NCBI GenBank assembly: GCA_000934665.2
Contig: JYFJ02004351.1
Coordinates: 1-32,717, forward strand
DNA: 32,717 bases
Source of the DNA: Catajapyx aquilonaris
Taxonomy: Eukaryota
Reading direction: 5' to 3'
The notes under the pieces were generated by a model that had not been told where the DNA came from, ran no database searches, and worked only from the letters and a program-made list of their open reading frames with translations. The position numbers and the translations under genes are program-made. Every line of letters begins with the position of its first letter. Position 1 is the stretch's first letter. Positions 1-12,584 of this stretch are shown here, one piece after another.

Positions 1-188
1 AGTATGTTATCCGAAACCATAATTTTCCCGGCTTTTCCAGTTTCCCCCGCCACTTCTTCCACCCTTTTCTCCCAGTCTGACATCTTTTCTCCAACTGCAC
101 CTGCGTTATTGAGCTAGTCAGGGTGTGACCGGAGGTCAGGGGTCACACAATGGATTGTACTGTATATAAGCATAATTATACGATATAC

Positions 189-358
189 ATGTTAGGCTCA
201 AACCCCGAAAACGACCATTGCGCGAAAAAACCGTCCATTCTGCAGAATGATCTGTGCCAAACCATCCATTCTGCAGAATGGATGGTTTGGCACAAATCAT
301 TCTGCAGAATGGACGGTTTTTTCGCGCAATGGCCGTTTTCGGGGTTTGAGCCTAACAT
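189..358. mobile_element. 170-bp near-perfect palindromic (foldback) MITE
   Basis: ATGTTAGGCTCAAACCCCGAAAACG...CGTTTTCGGGGTTTGAGCCTAACAT, centre 273/274, three CATTCTGCAGAATG units; an isolated copy of the right end lies at 9634-9658. Confidence 0.85.
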
Positions 359-971
359 ACATACCAGTATATAGGCCTACGATATATATCCTATACCTAC
401 CAGCTGTGTCCTTCTTTCTGAAGATTTGGAAATGCGGCCACCCTAACTGCTACAGAAGGCCTAAAAAGGGAAATGTCCACCAAAAGAAAATAATAGCGGA
501 TTCCCACACATGAAGAGCATCGACTCTCACACCCGTTAAATATAAAACAAAAAAGGAGAAGACACTGCCTATGTTCACAAATTATTCCGTCTGCAGTACA
601 CCCTACTCGTTCTATACTACTTATCATCTGACTTATCTTTTTTTCATATCCATATTTTAAACAATCAAGTCGATCGAGGTTTACATGCTATCAGGCTCAA
701 CAGGAAGAACTAGGAGGAGGGGGCCAGACAGATTTTATTAATTTGTTGCATTAAAAAAAAACGCTTCCCCACCAGCACGCATTGTCACAGCGATAAGCAT
801 CACATTATGGAAATGGTCAGTTACAGGCAATCATAACTACTAACGTCCACACTTGTTTTTTTTTCTTCTCTCTTTTGAAAATTGGGGGTTGGGGGGTTCT
901 GGGGGGGGGGGGGNGGGGGGGGGGCGTGAAAGGTTGTACAGAAACGCAACACACCTCTTTAAACATGGCCA

Positions 972-2220
972 ACTCCTGGGTACTCCTTGAATTTGGTACT
1001 CCGGTGTACACTTTACAGTCGAATGAGTACCCCCTCGGTGTGTAACTTATTTTTTATGCTTATCACGGTACAGTACTCCGAGTGATAGATAACTATTGTG
1101 ATCGCGTTAAACTAGGATAATGTATAAACTTACTTATCAAAGATGAGATGGTTACAAGATACGTGCATTCACTATAATGCGAAATATTGTCAATTCAATT
1201 CAATTCCATTCCATTCCATTTATTTTAACCTCACTGCATTTACACAGTGAGGGGCTTCACACGCGCTATAATGTCAAATTCAGTATGTGCCTGTAATCAG
1301 CTTTAAACCTGCACTGTACTTTAACACAGAGGAAGTTGTGCCAATTTTGGTCATTAATACATCATTTCAGTTCTATCACAATTAGTGCATGCGAGGATCG
1401 TAGTTATAAATTACGGAAGCTTCCCATGTACTGTACCTGCAGTATATTCGGCTCGTACTTGAACTTTCTACGAGACACACGAGAGGAGCAATTTATTGTC
1501 AGGCGCAAGTCAGGAAGAGATGAATTTGATCATAACCTCCACTGAAAGGCAAGTAAAGGCCTGGAATATCAGAATAACGCTTTGGTCAAAAACGTTGCTA
1601 TGTGTAATGTACAGTAGACTATTGGTACCGGCGCCGGTGCGGTGGTCTGGTGGTTATAGCGCGCTCGCCTCTAGTCCCAAAGTTGTGGGTGTGTGACTTT
1701 TCTCCGGGTGGTAGAAAAGTGAGAGTGCGCCTTCTTTCGGAGGGGAAGTAAAGCCGTCGGTCCCGTGTGCTTGGGACATTGCGTGAGTGCACGTTAAAGA
1801 TCCCCAGAGTGGCCAAATTTCAAGGAGGAGGACCAACCCCTGGCGTCGGTGTTGAGCCTTGAGGCAGAATTAGGCCGACGTTAAGCTCCCACTGATAAAA
1901 AAAGTAGACTATACTGGTGGAGAGTAGGTAGGGAGGAATGGGCGATTTTTCATGTAAATTTTTTTTACGGTATGTTGTGTTGGAAGTATAACACTCATGA
2001 TTGTAGGCCTTCTGTACGGTACAGTACGTACAGCACATACCAGATGTTGGCGCAACCTTGGTTTCTCAGCCAAGTTTTAAAAATTCTCTTAACTTTGTGC
2101 CGCTTTGGATATTAATTCAGGAAGGATGTTAATATGGATATGATAGGCTACTCTTCAGTACTCCTTGGTACTCCCAGGTACTCCTTGAATTTGGTACTCC
2201 AGTGTACACTTTACAGTCGA
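972..2220 (+). repeat. About 50-bp dispersed direct repeat (972-1022 and 2170-2220)
   Basis: GGTACTCCTTGAATTTGGTACTCC(G/A)GTGTACACTTTACAGTCGA present twice. Confidence 0.85.
1623..1902 (+). mobile_element. tRNA-derived SINE with Deu/Nin-like core
   Basis: TSD AGTAGACTAT (1613-1622, 1903-1912), A-box-like TGGTCTGGTGG, core TTCGGAGGGGAAGTAAAGCCGTCGGTCCCG...GCACGTTAAAGATCCC, A-rich tail; no intact B box. Confidence 0.75.
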
Positions 2221-5200
2221 GTGAATCTGATCCTCCTGCATTTCCGTGTCATGTGTAACTGCTTAATATACGCCGCGATTTAGCCAAACTTAATAATTTT
2301 ATTCTGTAACATAATTACAGGAAGGGCGGGGAAAAATGTACTGTGAGATTCCTAAGGTTCAAGTAACATGTATACTATTCATTGAACTACTTGTAAATAT
2401 CAGCACCATTGCCATCCATCCTCTTCAGGTCTGAAGCAAAGAGCAGCTTCTGATAGCAAATAGACTTGCTATACAATAATTCTGTAGCTCTTGCTTTCTT
2501 ACGTTCTTGTCGGTAGCTCAACATGATGGGCGAATACCCCTTCATAACATCCCTCACGCCAACTGTTATCTCAATTTGGAAGGGAAAAAATTAGACTTGG
2601 GACCTTTAACCCATATTGTGCGTAAACATAGGTAGTGGTGTAGATTAATATAGAGTGAGCTGTGTACCGAGTAATATTTAGAGATCATGCACTGTATATA
2701 CTTTGATTGGCAGGTGCGGGGTAAATCCGCAACACTTATCCTGCCCTACATGATGCAGATCGGATCCATGGCAACGTTCGCCAAGTGTTATCAGACGAGT
2801 GATACTGAAATCGGATCAAAAAACAATAGGTTGAAGCTGATCCTGACTCTTCCCGGGCGACGGCGTCATGGATTGTCCCTCAAAGAGCCATACCACGGAT
2901 AGGTCACCTGCTGCTGCATCACTGGTTTAATATATGTAGGCCATCGTATTTGAACAACAACATGATGCCTGAACGTGTGGTTGTGTACACTTCTATTTGT
3001 GACCCTTTTTTGCACTTAGGACATGTGACCTTAAGTGTTGTCGACTTCGCACAACTGAGCTCCTGACTGACGGATTCGCAGACCGAAGAAGGCAACAGAC
3101 GGGGTCGGATTATCTGACGTAACATGTAAGTATGTTTCTCTTGTTTATATGTATACAGTACAACATGATTGTATTATTGCATTATTTATGTGAAGACCCA
3201 AAATGCAGAACGATCAGTCAAAATTTAAATCATAGTTTAATCACAGGTTAATCCTGGAAAAAATACTGACTGATAGTCAGGTCAGGTGTCTTATAAAATT
3301 ATTTCAACCCCCTAAGGTAAGTTGCGAAAAAATTTATTTCTTCAATCTTCAATCTCCAAACCCTCATGTCTCAAAATCAGCCCGGCTGTAAAGAACGATC
3401 AGATCACATTTGGCAAACGATGTGATCTGATAGTTCTTTACATTTTTTGGTCGTATAGACTTGATTCTTGTCTATCAGTGTTACGATCCGTTTTTCTTCT
3501 CATTGACCAATAACGTTGCATTTAGCTTGCAACATAGTGCACTGCCCAAGTCCACAATACAAGCTGGGTGGCTTGTTTAGTCCTACAACCAGTTGAAAAG
3601 GAAGTAACAATAAGCACAAATGAAATGTGGCCCTGAATGTTGCTTTCTGTGAGTTGCATTGTTAGTGTGCATTATCTAAACATATTTCTACCCTCCTCCT
3701 GAATTGTGGACTTGAGCAATATAACACGATACAACAATGAAATGGGCAGCTCGGTGACGTAGTGGCCATCCTGAGTTTTTCCTCCTTTTAGGGCAGAGGA
3801 TTTTCTCAGATGGCTCGGATCACTGCCTAATCATCAGGACAGTACTAATCAAGTAGTATAGGGCATGTAAATGAATACCTCCAAAGAGATCGCACGCCTA
3901 TGACGAGATCGAACTTTAAAATTGATGTCTTGTAAATGGCATTATTGCAAGTAAGGTATAATTCCTGAACGACATCATGCATAAAAGTTCTAAACTACAA
4001 AACACTTCCGAACTTTATACATCATAACCATGAAGTAGGTCTATACTATATTGTCGATCTGCCTTCTTGCCATGTGTCATTAAAATAGTATAACATTGAC
4101 ACATTTTCATATTTAAAGAGGAGCAGATCACTCTGTAAGTACGTTCTACATGTTATGTACCAGCTTCCCGAGCTAGTTGGAGACGGCAGACCCTCTCCTT
4201 CGTCAGCGTGCTCTGCCAATCCCCGCCATTACGGTATCAATACGGTTGTAAATACACGAACACACGCCTAAAGCACTAAAGCAGCTAACTCGGCCCAAGA
4301 GGAGTCCATTAATTTGAGTCGGATAAAGGATGGTCAGAGAAGGCCCGCAGCGTCTCCAATTTATGCTCGGGGCTGGTACACATTCAAGTACCAAGTGATT
4401 CATTTCTCATGAGACAGTTTCTGCTGAACTATTAACTTTTTTGCACATTATTTTAGTAAGTTAATACTATATGCTCAGGTAGAGAGTATTCCAAGAGGTT
4501 CTGGCCGTGTTCAGGTGGATTTATTTATCGGGATTCTCCCGCTTCCTTCCATTGTAGTCTCTTCCCCTGATGGAGTACAAAATACCTCATATCCTCCTTG
4601 CCTGATCCGTCTATGCTTGGTCATGATTACGTAGAAGATTACGCAGATGCATTGAAAGATCACTTTTTTGGGTTTTCATTATGATCTATAGATTTTATTG
4701 TTTGTATTCTTGACTTACAGTCTGCTTCTCGCAGATATATAAATTACCCTTCGCTACACTGGAGTTGATGGATGACATTGGAAATAAATACAACTGGCTG
4801 AGAAGAGTATATGATGCAATTTGTGACAGATCATACTGTAGAGATATCAGGCGCTTGATCAGGCGTCATCCCAAGTGGCTATGCAAGCATATGCAATCCA
4901 TAATCCACGGCTATTAATGGTAGTGTGGTATAGGCGCCGATAGGCGCAAAGTGGCCTTCGAATCCCGGATACTCAATATTATCTACAGTATATTCTATAG
5001 TCTGAGTCAGCACGTGATTAGGATATCACACGTGCCCCCACACAAAAAAGGACGCGAACAATTAATCCGAGATTACTGACTGATTGCTTGCTGCCTTCAC
5101 TGACAAGTGACAACACGATTAATTCCTCCTTCTTGTTGCCATATTATAGGCTTACTGTCGTAGTAGTAGTAGTGCCAACAACGACATGACGGTGCGACGG

Positions 5201-6161
5201 TTCTTTCGGCTTTCGGTTTCTAAACCCATAGTTAAAAAACCCATAGGTTGATTTTGATAATTATATCTGCTTCATTACGACCGTGATTACGACGCGCGAT
5301 GTAAGTAATGGGGGTCATCCTTTGCATCTGGCGATCCACTGTGGAAGGAAGATTGTGGGTTGGCATAACCTGCAGGATGACTCCTCATGTTAGTTAATAG
5401 CCTACGAGTCCATTTCATTCCAATAATGAAGTCGAAAATAGCCGAAAATCATAGAGTAATTATGTCTGAGAAATTCTCATGAGGCGTAAATCCGAGATCA
5501 AGTGCACACTATTGATACCACCCTATCTAATATAGCACTTAGCTTTTTAGCAAGAGTAAAGCAAAAATATTATAATTAGTATAGATGTAACTGCGAAATA
5601 CAAGCAAAGAACAGTATACTATAATTATACGGGGTGATCCAATTGAAATTCCCTTTACTTAGCTGTTAGAGACATTTTGGCACCAAGCTGATTATTATGT
5701 TTAGCAGTTACTTCAATGCAAAACATATCCGAGGCCCGGTTTCACGGAGTGAAATATAATCCGGGGTAGTGCTTAGAGGCTTAGACCCCTCTTGGGGAGT
5801 TGGGGTATTTCACGGACCTTTATTTATTAACTTGTACAACTTGTACACAACTGGAACCTTTGACGAAGCGCCCGGGCCCACGGGCAGGATGACAGGAGGG
5901 GATGTGTAAAGTGCAATGGAATGTCGTTGCTTTGGTCATTTTGTGAACTCCCCCGGGTGGATTAGTCTAGCGGAGATTCCACCCGAGACGAAGCCAGAGA
6001 TGGCCCAACTCTGCACGAGATGAAGGGGGGAACCCCAGGCTGGGTGGGCGCATACGTTACCACAGCGCCACTTCGCCTCCCTGGTTTCACGGAGTGTTTT
6101 CTGGACCGGCACGTGAAAATGACCCTAAATCTGTGGCACGCATTGTCACCCTCTGGGTTTA

Positions 6162-6554
6162 GATTTTTTCTCGTCATCGAAAGAAAGGTCTTATAGAACG
6201 GCACTGTGTCTGTCCGTCCGTCCGTCCGTGTCTGGACAGGTATCAAGGCCTAAACCGCAAAAGATAGCGACAAACGGTTTTCATATTCGGATTAAGCGTG
6301 ACCTAAATAGGTGTCATGGTCAACTTCCGGTGACCCGCTACTTCCTGTTTTCCGGGTTCACTCTATCCGCACAAGTCTACTTTGCAGGCGGATTATCGTT
6401 GGATTTCGAAATTAGTTTCCCTGGATTCCTGACCGTGTGTGTCGCGGAATTAGCCGAGCCAGGTTTTACCTGGCGCTCTGGCACAGGGACTGTGCGACTA
6501 ACTCCTGACGTTGGACATGTTTGCGATGCGCGTCCTCGGCCGCCATGAAAAAAA
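6162..6554 (+). mobile_element. Possible DINE-1/Helentron-like non-autonomous element
   Basis: T-run start followed by a (GTCC)n microsatellite at 6208-6234; boundaries approximate. Confidence 0.4.
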
Positions 6555-6578
6555 AGTATACTATAATCACACTCACGT

Positions 6579-6984
6579 CAGGGAGCATATACTACATAAG
6601 AGACGCAAACTTCTGTCGGCGCCTTTGATGTTCGCGTCTCTCTGTTTATAGGGCGTTGCCAAGGCTGGCGGCCATCTTGAAGTGTGTGGTGCGCCAACGA
6701 GGTATGAATAGTGTACAGGCAAAAATAGGGTCCGCCATCTATTCGGTAGGCTATTGGAATGGGTAAGTAAATTGTTATTGCCGTGTATTGCCATGGCAGC
6801 CAAAACCATCAAAGATGGCGGACCCCCGCGGACCTTGACGGCCTGCCTGTACCCTATTTATACCTCGTTGGCGCACCACACACTTCAAGATGGCCGCCAG
6901 CCTTGGCAACGCCCTATAAACAGAGAGACGTAAAAATCGAATGTTTGCGCCTCTTATGTAGGCCTAGTATAATTATGCTCCCTG
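6579..6984. mobile_element. MITE-like inverted repeat
   Basis: 71-bp perfect arms 6635-6705 / 6860-6930, with imperfect extension outward and inward. Confidence 0.8.
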
Positions 6985-8112
6985 CTCACGTGATTTGCCA
7001 GTCTTGTTTGTTTATATTCTCCTCAGAAAGCACACAAGAACCTGGCAACCTCAACAACACTGGTCACAACAATGGCCGCTAATCGGTTTCTGCACACTAA
7101 TTATTGTCTTCATAATTCACGATTTTCAGCCTGAAAGACCAAAATAATATTCCCTTCCCTAGTGCTCTGACCACAAAAGTTGTATTTTCAAAAATGTAAT
7201 TAACTCATTTTAGAGGATATGAGCAACAAACATCTAACTTGTGAGCCAATATATTTTATCATGAGTAACCTTGCAACATTTATGTTCCTGGGATCATTGA
7301 TACTGAAAATAACCAAACACGCCCCACCTTTGCAAATAGTGGATTTCTGATATCATGCTATATGACGCGTTTCTCTTATTACCAATCGTTGCCAGTATGC
7401 GCATTTCTCTCTACAATAATATATAAGTTATACTTCTCTCAGGGTGGTCGACAAAATAATGTTCCAATCTGTTAACAGATAATACTTTTGATAACCCCTA
7501 AAAGTAAACATTCCACAAAAACTTCTTTGAAATAAGCAGCTTATAGTAACCAACAATGGCTAAATCACGAAGGCCATCTCAATTACAACACCCTGTATAG
7601 TAGTGTGCATTGTCATCCAATCATAGATGAATACTATCTAGCGGTGGTGACGGATATTAAATCGAGTTCAAAAATTCTATTTATCTACATGTGTATACAC
7701 ATACATAATATTATAGGCCCTACTGTATATTTCATTACAGACCCCAGGTAAATGCATAAGTGCTTGAGAAGAAAAATAATTCATTGCTCTAACTATCTGC
7801 TTCTCTCCATACAGCAAAGATTGATATGAAATGGCGGCAATGGTAGTTACGGACCTGATGGTTTTTCAAATGGCACATCAAGAGACATCATGGAGTAGCA
7901 TCGACAGGTCGTATGGCAAGTTTACATTTTTTTTACTTTCCTCATTCTCCTCTGCAGGATAGACTGCTCTGAATGGAAGGCACAGTAGTTGTCTCGTTGG
8001 TGTGGGCACAATGAAATGAAAATATCATAAGACATTGCGAATAATTACACTGAATTATGAGCATAATCGCAACAGATTTATCATTTCATTCCTTATTCAT
8101 ATTCACTTGCAG

Positions 8113-8633
8113 GACTTGCGAATCGACGTCGAACTCTTCGTAAGGACGATGTGTCAATAGACAGCGGTTTTCAGACCGACCCTGGAGAAGAGTCAGAAGT
8201 CGAGAGTCCGGTCCTGAAAAAACATCTGACAGAATTGTCACAGGAGAGGCATCCCAATGACTGTCACATTGCCGCGTATTCAGCCTCATTAGCACCTGAC
8301 GTCACGAGTCATCATGAGGCACATGGCGTGGAGAAGGTTGAACAACAAAACCTACTACTGAAGAGCAACATGAAGAAGCTGCGGAAGGGACAGATGTATC
8401 TGAGGAATCGCCTGAGGGCCCTATCCAAGGCCTTTGAGGAAGACGAAAGAAGGTTGTCAGACCTAAGCATCCAGATTAAGATCATGCAATCGGATCTGGA
8501 GCAAAGACACTTCCTAGACGACCTCCTCCACTTGCTGGATGGCCACTTGGATCGAATTCAGAAGAGAATGTGGCCCTTCAAACTGGGCAGGATCGTCACT
8601 CCAGATCACATCGAGCCTAACCTCATAGTGTAA
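8113..8633 (+). CDS. Probable terminal coding exon of an unidentified coiled-coil protein (about 172 codons, ends ...HIEPNLIV*)
   Basis: Pyrimidine-rich acceptor ...CACTTGCAG ending at 8112, longest ORF in the window, higher GC than flanks, heptad-like Leu spacing. Upstream coding exons could not be assembled. Confidence 0.7.
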
Positions 8634-9889
8634 GGGCTTCGTTATACGAGCTCACTGCTACAAAGTGCCGACCTAAGCAGTTTGTGACAAGGATTCTGTT
8701 GGATGTCAGTGGCACTCGCAGACGAACAATAATGCAGATCTGATATGTTACGTCCTTTATCAACTTGCACGATCAAAGTAATTAATGATAAGTATTAATG
8801 TGCACATACTGTACAGTGCGTACTACATGTACAGTACAGTACTGTACTGTACGTAAACATGATATAAATTCTCCTCCTGTAAGTCAGACTGACCTGCGAA
8901 CATCAGTGTAACATGGGTCGCTCTGATTAGTTAGGATAAATACCGCACTATACAATCATCATGAGTTGAGACGGTGAAAATGAAAATGCCACAGGTCCAA
9001 CATTTTCCAAATGGAAATACCGGTATTTGTTCAAAATGTTCTGCTCCTGAAGAGGCATTAGAGAGTTTTATGATGACATAGGCCTACCCTACTACGGTAC
9101 AGTAATTCCTACTGGATCTTATGGAAACATCCGCTTCAAAAGGGGGGCTCTATTAAGCAGAATAGCTCGGCAACTTAAATACGTTCATCACTTTAAGAAT
9201 TTGCTGAAGAAAGCATCAGATGACTGGTGATCAGATCTGAAGGTAATATCTAATTTAATGGAAAATTTGGAAGTATACTCTGCATCCATCCATTTAGCGT
9301 ATAAAAAACGTCTCTTTTTTGCCTGTCCTATCAAATTGAAAGGAGTGGACTAGGGCCCTTCTCATTCACACCGATTCGGGTTTACATTGAATAAGTCATT
9401 AATTGGAGCCCTTGTCCAGGTAGGTCTCCATCATTATGTTACGACTTCACTGCCAGAGCCACCGTGCTACTTCGCCGGTCAAGACAGTCTAGGTGATTAG
9501 AAATACTGAGAAGCGAATCAAGGGCATCCAATAGTGCGTCATGTGTGACCAGGCGGACAATCAGGCAAGACTCAGAGAAAAAAATTGCAGTGAACGAATA
9601 TAAGCAATATATTGTAACAATTGACTCAATGAGCGTTTTCGGGGTTTGAGCCTAACATATATTTTGTACTGATGTCACAAGCCTATCATTGTTAGTTGCA
9701 TTTTCTCACTAATATGGACGATTCGACTGCCGAATACCTGCAGTCTGAACACGGCGTAATTCGTAAATGCATTTTTCCTCTATGGCTGCAGACGGGTAGG
9801 TAGAAAAAGAAGCAGTGGCCCAAACTGCCTCGCCGCACATTTTGACAGGGAAACTTTTTAAATACTTAATAATCATAATCATAATCATA

Positions 9890-10039
9890 AAAATGTGGTG
9901 CATCCACATTATATACTCTGGGTCATACACTCCTGCGGCGCACCCCGGCCGCCAGATTTGTGGCGTAGTGTATACCACACTGTACACCACAGGGCTGTAC
10001 GTATGGCCCAGAGTATGTATTGTGGATGCACCACATTTT
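9890..10039. mobile_element. 150-bp MITE
   Basis: 19-bp perfect terminal inverted repeat (TIR) AAAATGTGGTGCATCCACA, with further imperfect pairing. Confidence 0.7.
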
Positions 10040-10330
10040 AATACAATACAATTACAATTTTAATAATTATTATGATTAGCCTGTGATTATTAATTACACT
10101 AGTCAACAAGGTTTTTGGTACATGAACAATTTTAGCTGTTTCTAATATCTAATGCGTCCACAAGCGCTGATTCCGAATATGAAGTCAGAAAGTGTCCATC
10201 ACCCTCAATTTTTTTTTGTAACAGCCATACCTTATTTTGTGGAAAGTACACTGCACATTGCTCAATATGACTAATATACTGTCAACAATGGTCTTGTTAA
10301 ATGCGCCATGGAAAGAGTAACCCTTTAATA

Positions 10331-10556
10331 CTGGCGTTCGGGAGGCGGCAGGGTGAGTGGTGGCTGGGGGCTGCTTGGCTATGTCGCAAAAGAGGATGCA
10401 AAGACTGATTTTTTGGATTTTGGAAGGGGTATGCTGTACCAACCTAACCTATAACCAAGCCTAACCTGAAGGTACTTCCTTGCGGATACAGACCTATCTT
10501 TGCGACACAGCCCGCTGCCCCCACCGACTACTACCGTCCCGCCTTCCGCACGCCAG
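10331..10556. mobile_element. Degenerate MITE with internal AACCT repeats
   Basis: TA-CTGGCGT...ACGCCAG-TA, imperfect arms of about 60 bp. Confidence 0.6.
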
Positions 10557-12228
10557 TAAGGGCAACTAACTTATATCCTTTTCTTGTAACAGGCCTTACT
10601 CTCCCGAGAGTATGCCTATTTTGAATAGCTCAATATTATTAATTTATTGGGCAACATTAGGGTTTGTTTAAGGCACCATTTTTGGCTCTCTCATGAAGTC
10701 TATTAGTAGGCTCTAATTGTGAATATGAAGTCAGAATTTTAATATCGGCATCCATTTTCTTGTAACAAGAGTAGGCCTATACCTTGTTTTCTAGAATTAC
10801 TGAACATTTATTAACATTTATAATTGCTCATTGTCACTTTATATGCATATTTTGTGTAAACATTATTCCATATGAGGATTTTGGTATATCTACAATGGGG
10901 GCATCCTCTTAACTAATGCATACCAAGCCCATACCAAGCCCTATTAGTCATTACTTACTCTGAAATTTATTTCAGTGTATGACTCTAGCCTATACATTAA
11001 GACATAGGTTTTTTAATACCTTAAAATTGCCAATTACTCAAAAACTATAGGTGATATAATCAAATGGTTAACAGATTTGAAATCAGGACAGAGAGCACTA
11101 TAGGAATCGCACATTCATGTATCGATACCTGGCGGTCGAGTTCTCAGGGCCTAGATTCTAGGCGTCTGGGGCTCAAGGGGTTAAAACGTTAAATAGTATT
11201 TCACAGGATGCCTTAGGTTCCAAACTGCTCGAATCTTGATAGAAAGTGAAACATTTTTCAGGATAAAATAAGGTCTGCAGTGAAAAACTGCACCTGGGTG
11301 CACTCCATTATCAGATAAATATACACTATACTAGTACGTACAGTATGGTACGTCGACTTCTCTGTAAAGTTAGTTATAAGACTTACCTTTTGATATAATG
11401 CTGTAAAATTTTGCACTTATCAATAAATAAATTCTCATATACTGTACGTGAATGTGCCTTTAGTTTAGATATAAGGCGGACAAATTTTGGAGGCATCTAG
11501 GCCTACCTCTCTTGACAAACGCTCATGTCACTACAAGCATTCAAAGGCTACAAACCAGTGTTTGACAAGTTCAGCATCATTAATTCTACTGGAATAACTG
11601 ACAATGTGTTGCTTCAAAGTTGGCATTCAATTCCGAAGTCTTTGGCCATATCTTGGTGTGCCCCCCCCCCCCCNNNNNAAAAAAAAAAAAAAAAAAAAAA
11701 AACCTTCCCAAGCATAATTAACCTGAAAGAGAAGTATATGTCTGAAATAAAAGACGGACTTATTTCTCATATTACGAATTGAAAATCTCTTGTTGACATC
11801 AACAACGGAAAAGTCCAAATTACATACAGAATCAAAACGTATATAAGAGTGAGGGCACCTTTGCGCCAATGACGCTGGGCGGAGGAGCACTCATTAGGAG
11901 TATTTCTTATGGATACACAGCTTACAACAAGTGCACCAATTTTCTCCTCCGGTGGTTACCAGGCGGCCGCGGAATGGATAGGGGATTCGTTCATTAATAT
12001 TTACTATTGGGCTTACTTATATGTGCACTTGGTGAACGACACTTGCTTGTCGCCATGCGAGGGTTGGGGCACAATTATTATAGACAAGTGAGGTGGCCAG
12101 GAGAGACTGGGGAGTGGATGATTTGTGGGGATGCCATGCTAAGAAGGCCCCATCTGACATGCCCAGTGTATAAGCACAATTTTACAGGTGATTAGCGGGG
12201 AAATGAATATTATCCCTCCAAATAGAAA

Positions 12229-12584
12229 GGCCTGTTTACAAAGGAGGGAGGTCGCGCCAAATTGAGCAGCGCTGCCTCCGGCAAAAATTGACATCGCTTC
12301 ATGTGAATCGCGTGTGTAATAATTACAAAAAAGCAACGGGGTTTCCGTCCTTCAAGCGGCAAGCCGCAATGCAAAAATCCAATAATTTACAGAGTGATGC
12401 CAACAGAAAAAAACAGAAGTCAACATTTCTCTCCACCAATCGCCGCGCCGGATGGTGAGGAGCGACGGGGGACTCTCCCCACGGTCCCCAGAGACAAATC
12501 GTTTTGATGTGAGGAAATGAATCAACTGTCGCGAGTGGCCATGTTGTTCAATTTGTTATGGTGTCGCTTCTTTGTAAACAGGCC
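12229..12584. mobile_element. PIF/Harbinger (Tourist)-like MITE
   Basis: TIR GGCCTGTTTACAAAG / CTTTGTAAACAGGCC; superfamily inferred from TIR style only. Confidence 0.65.

Noticed and set aside
150..374. Mirror-image ORFs here and at 6573-7082, 19702-20180 and 27808-28236
   Set aside because: Artefacts of inverted-repeat elements.
2387..2562. Minus-strand open stretch of about 58 codons
   Set aside because: No recognisable homology or partner exons.
11661..11702. Poly-C/N/poly-A junction (also poly-G with N at 914)
   Set aside because: Low-quality assembly positions rather than biology.
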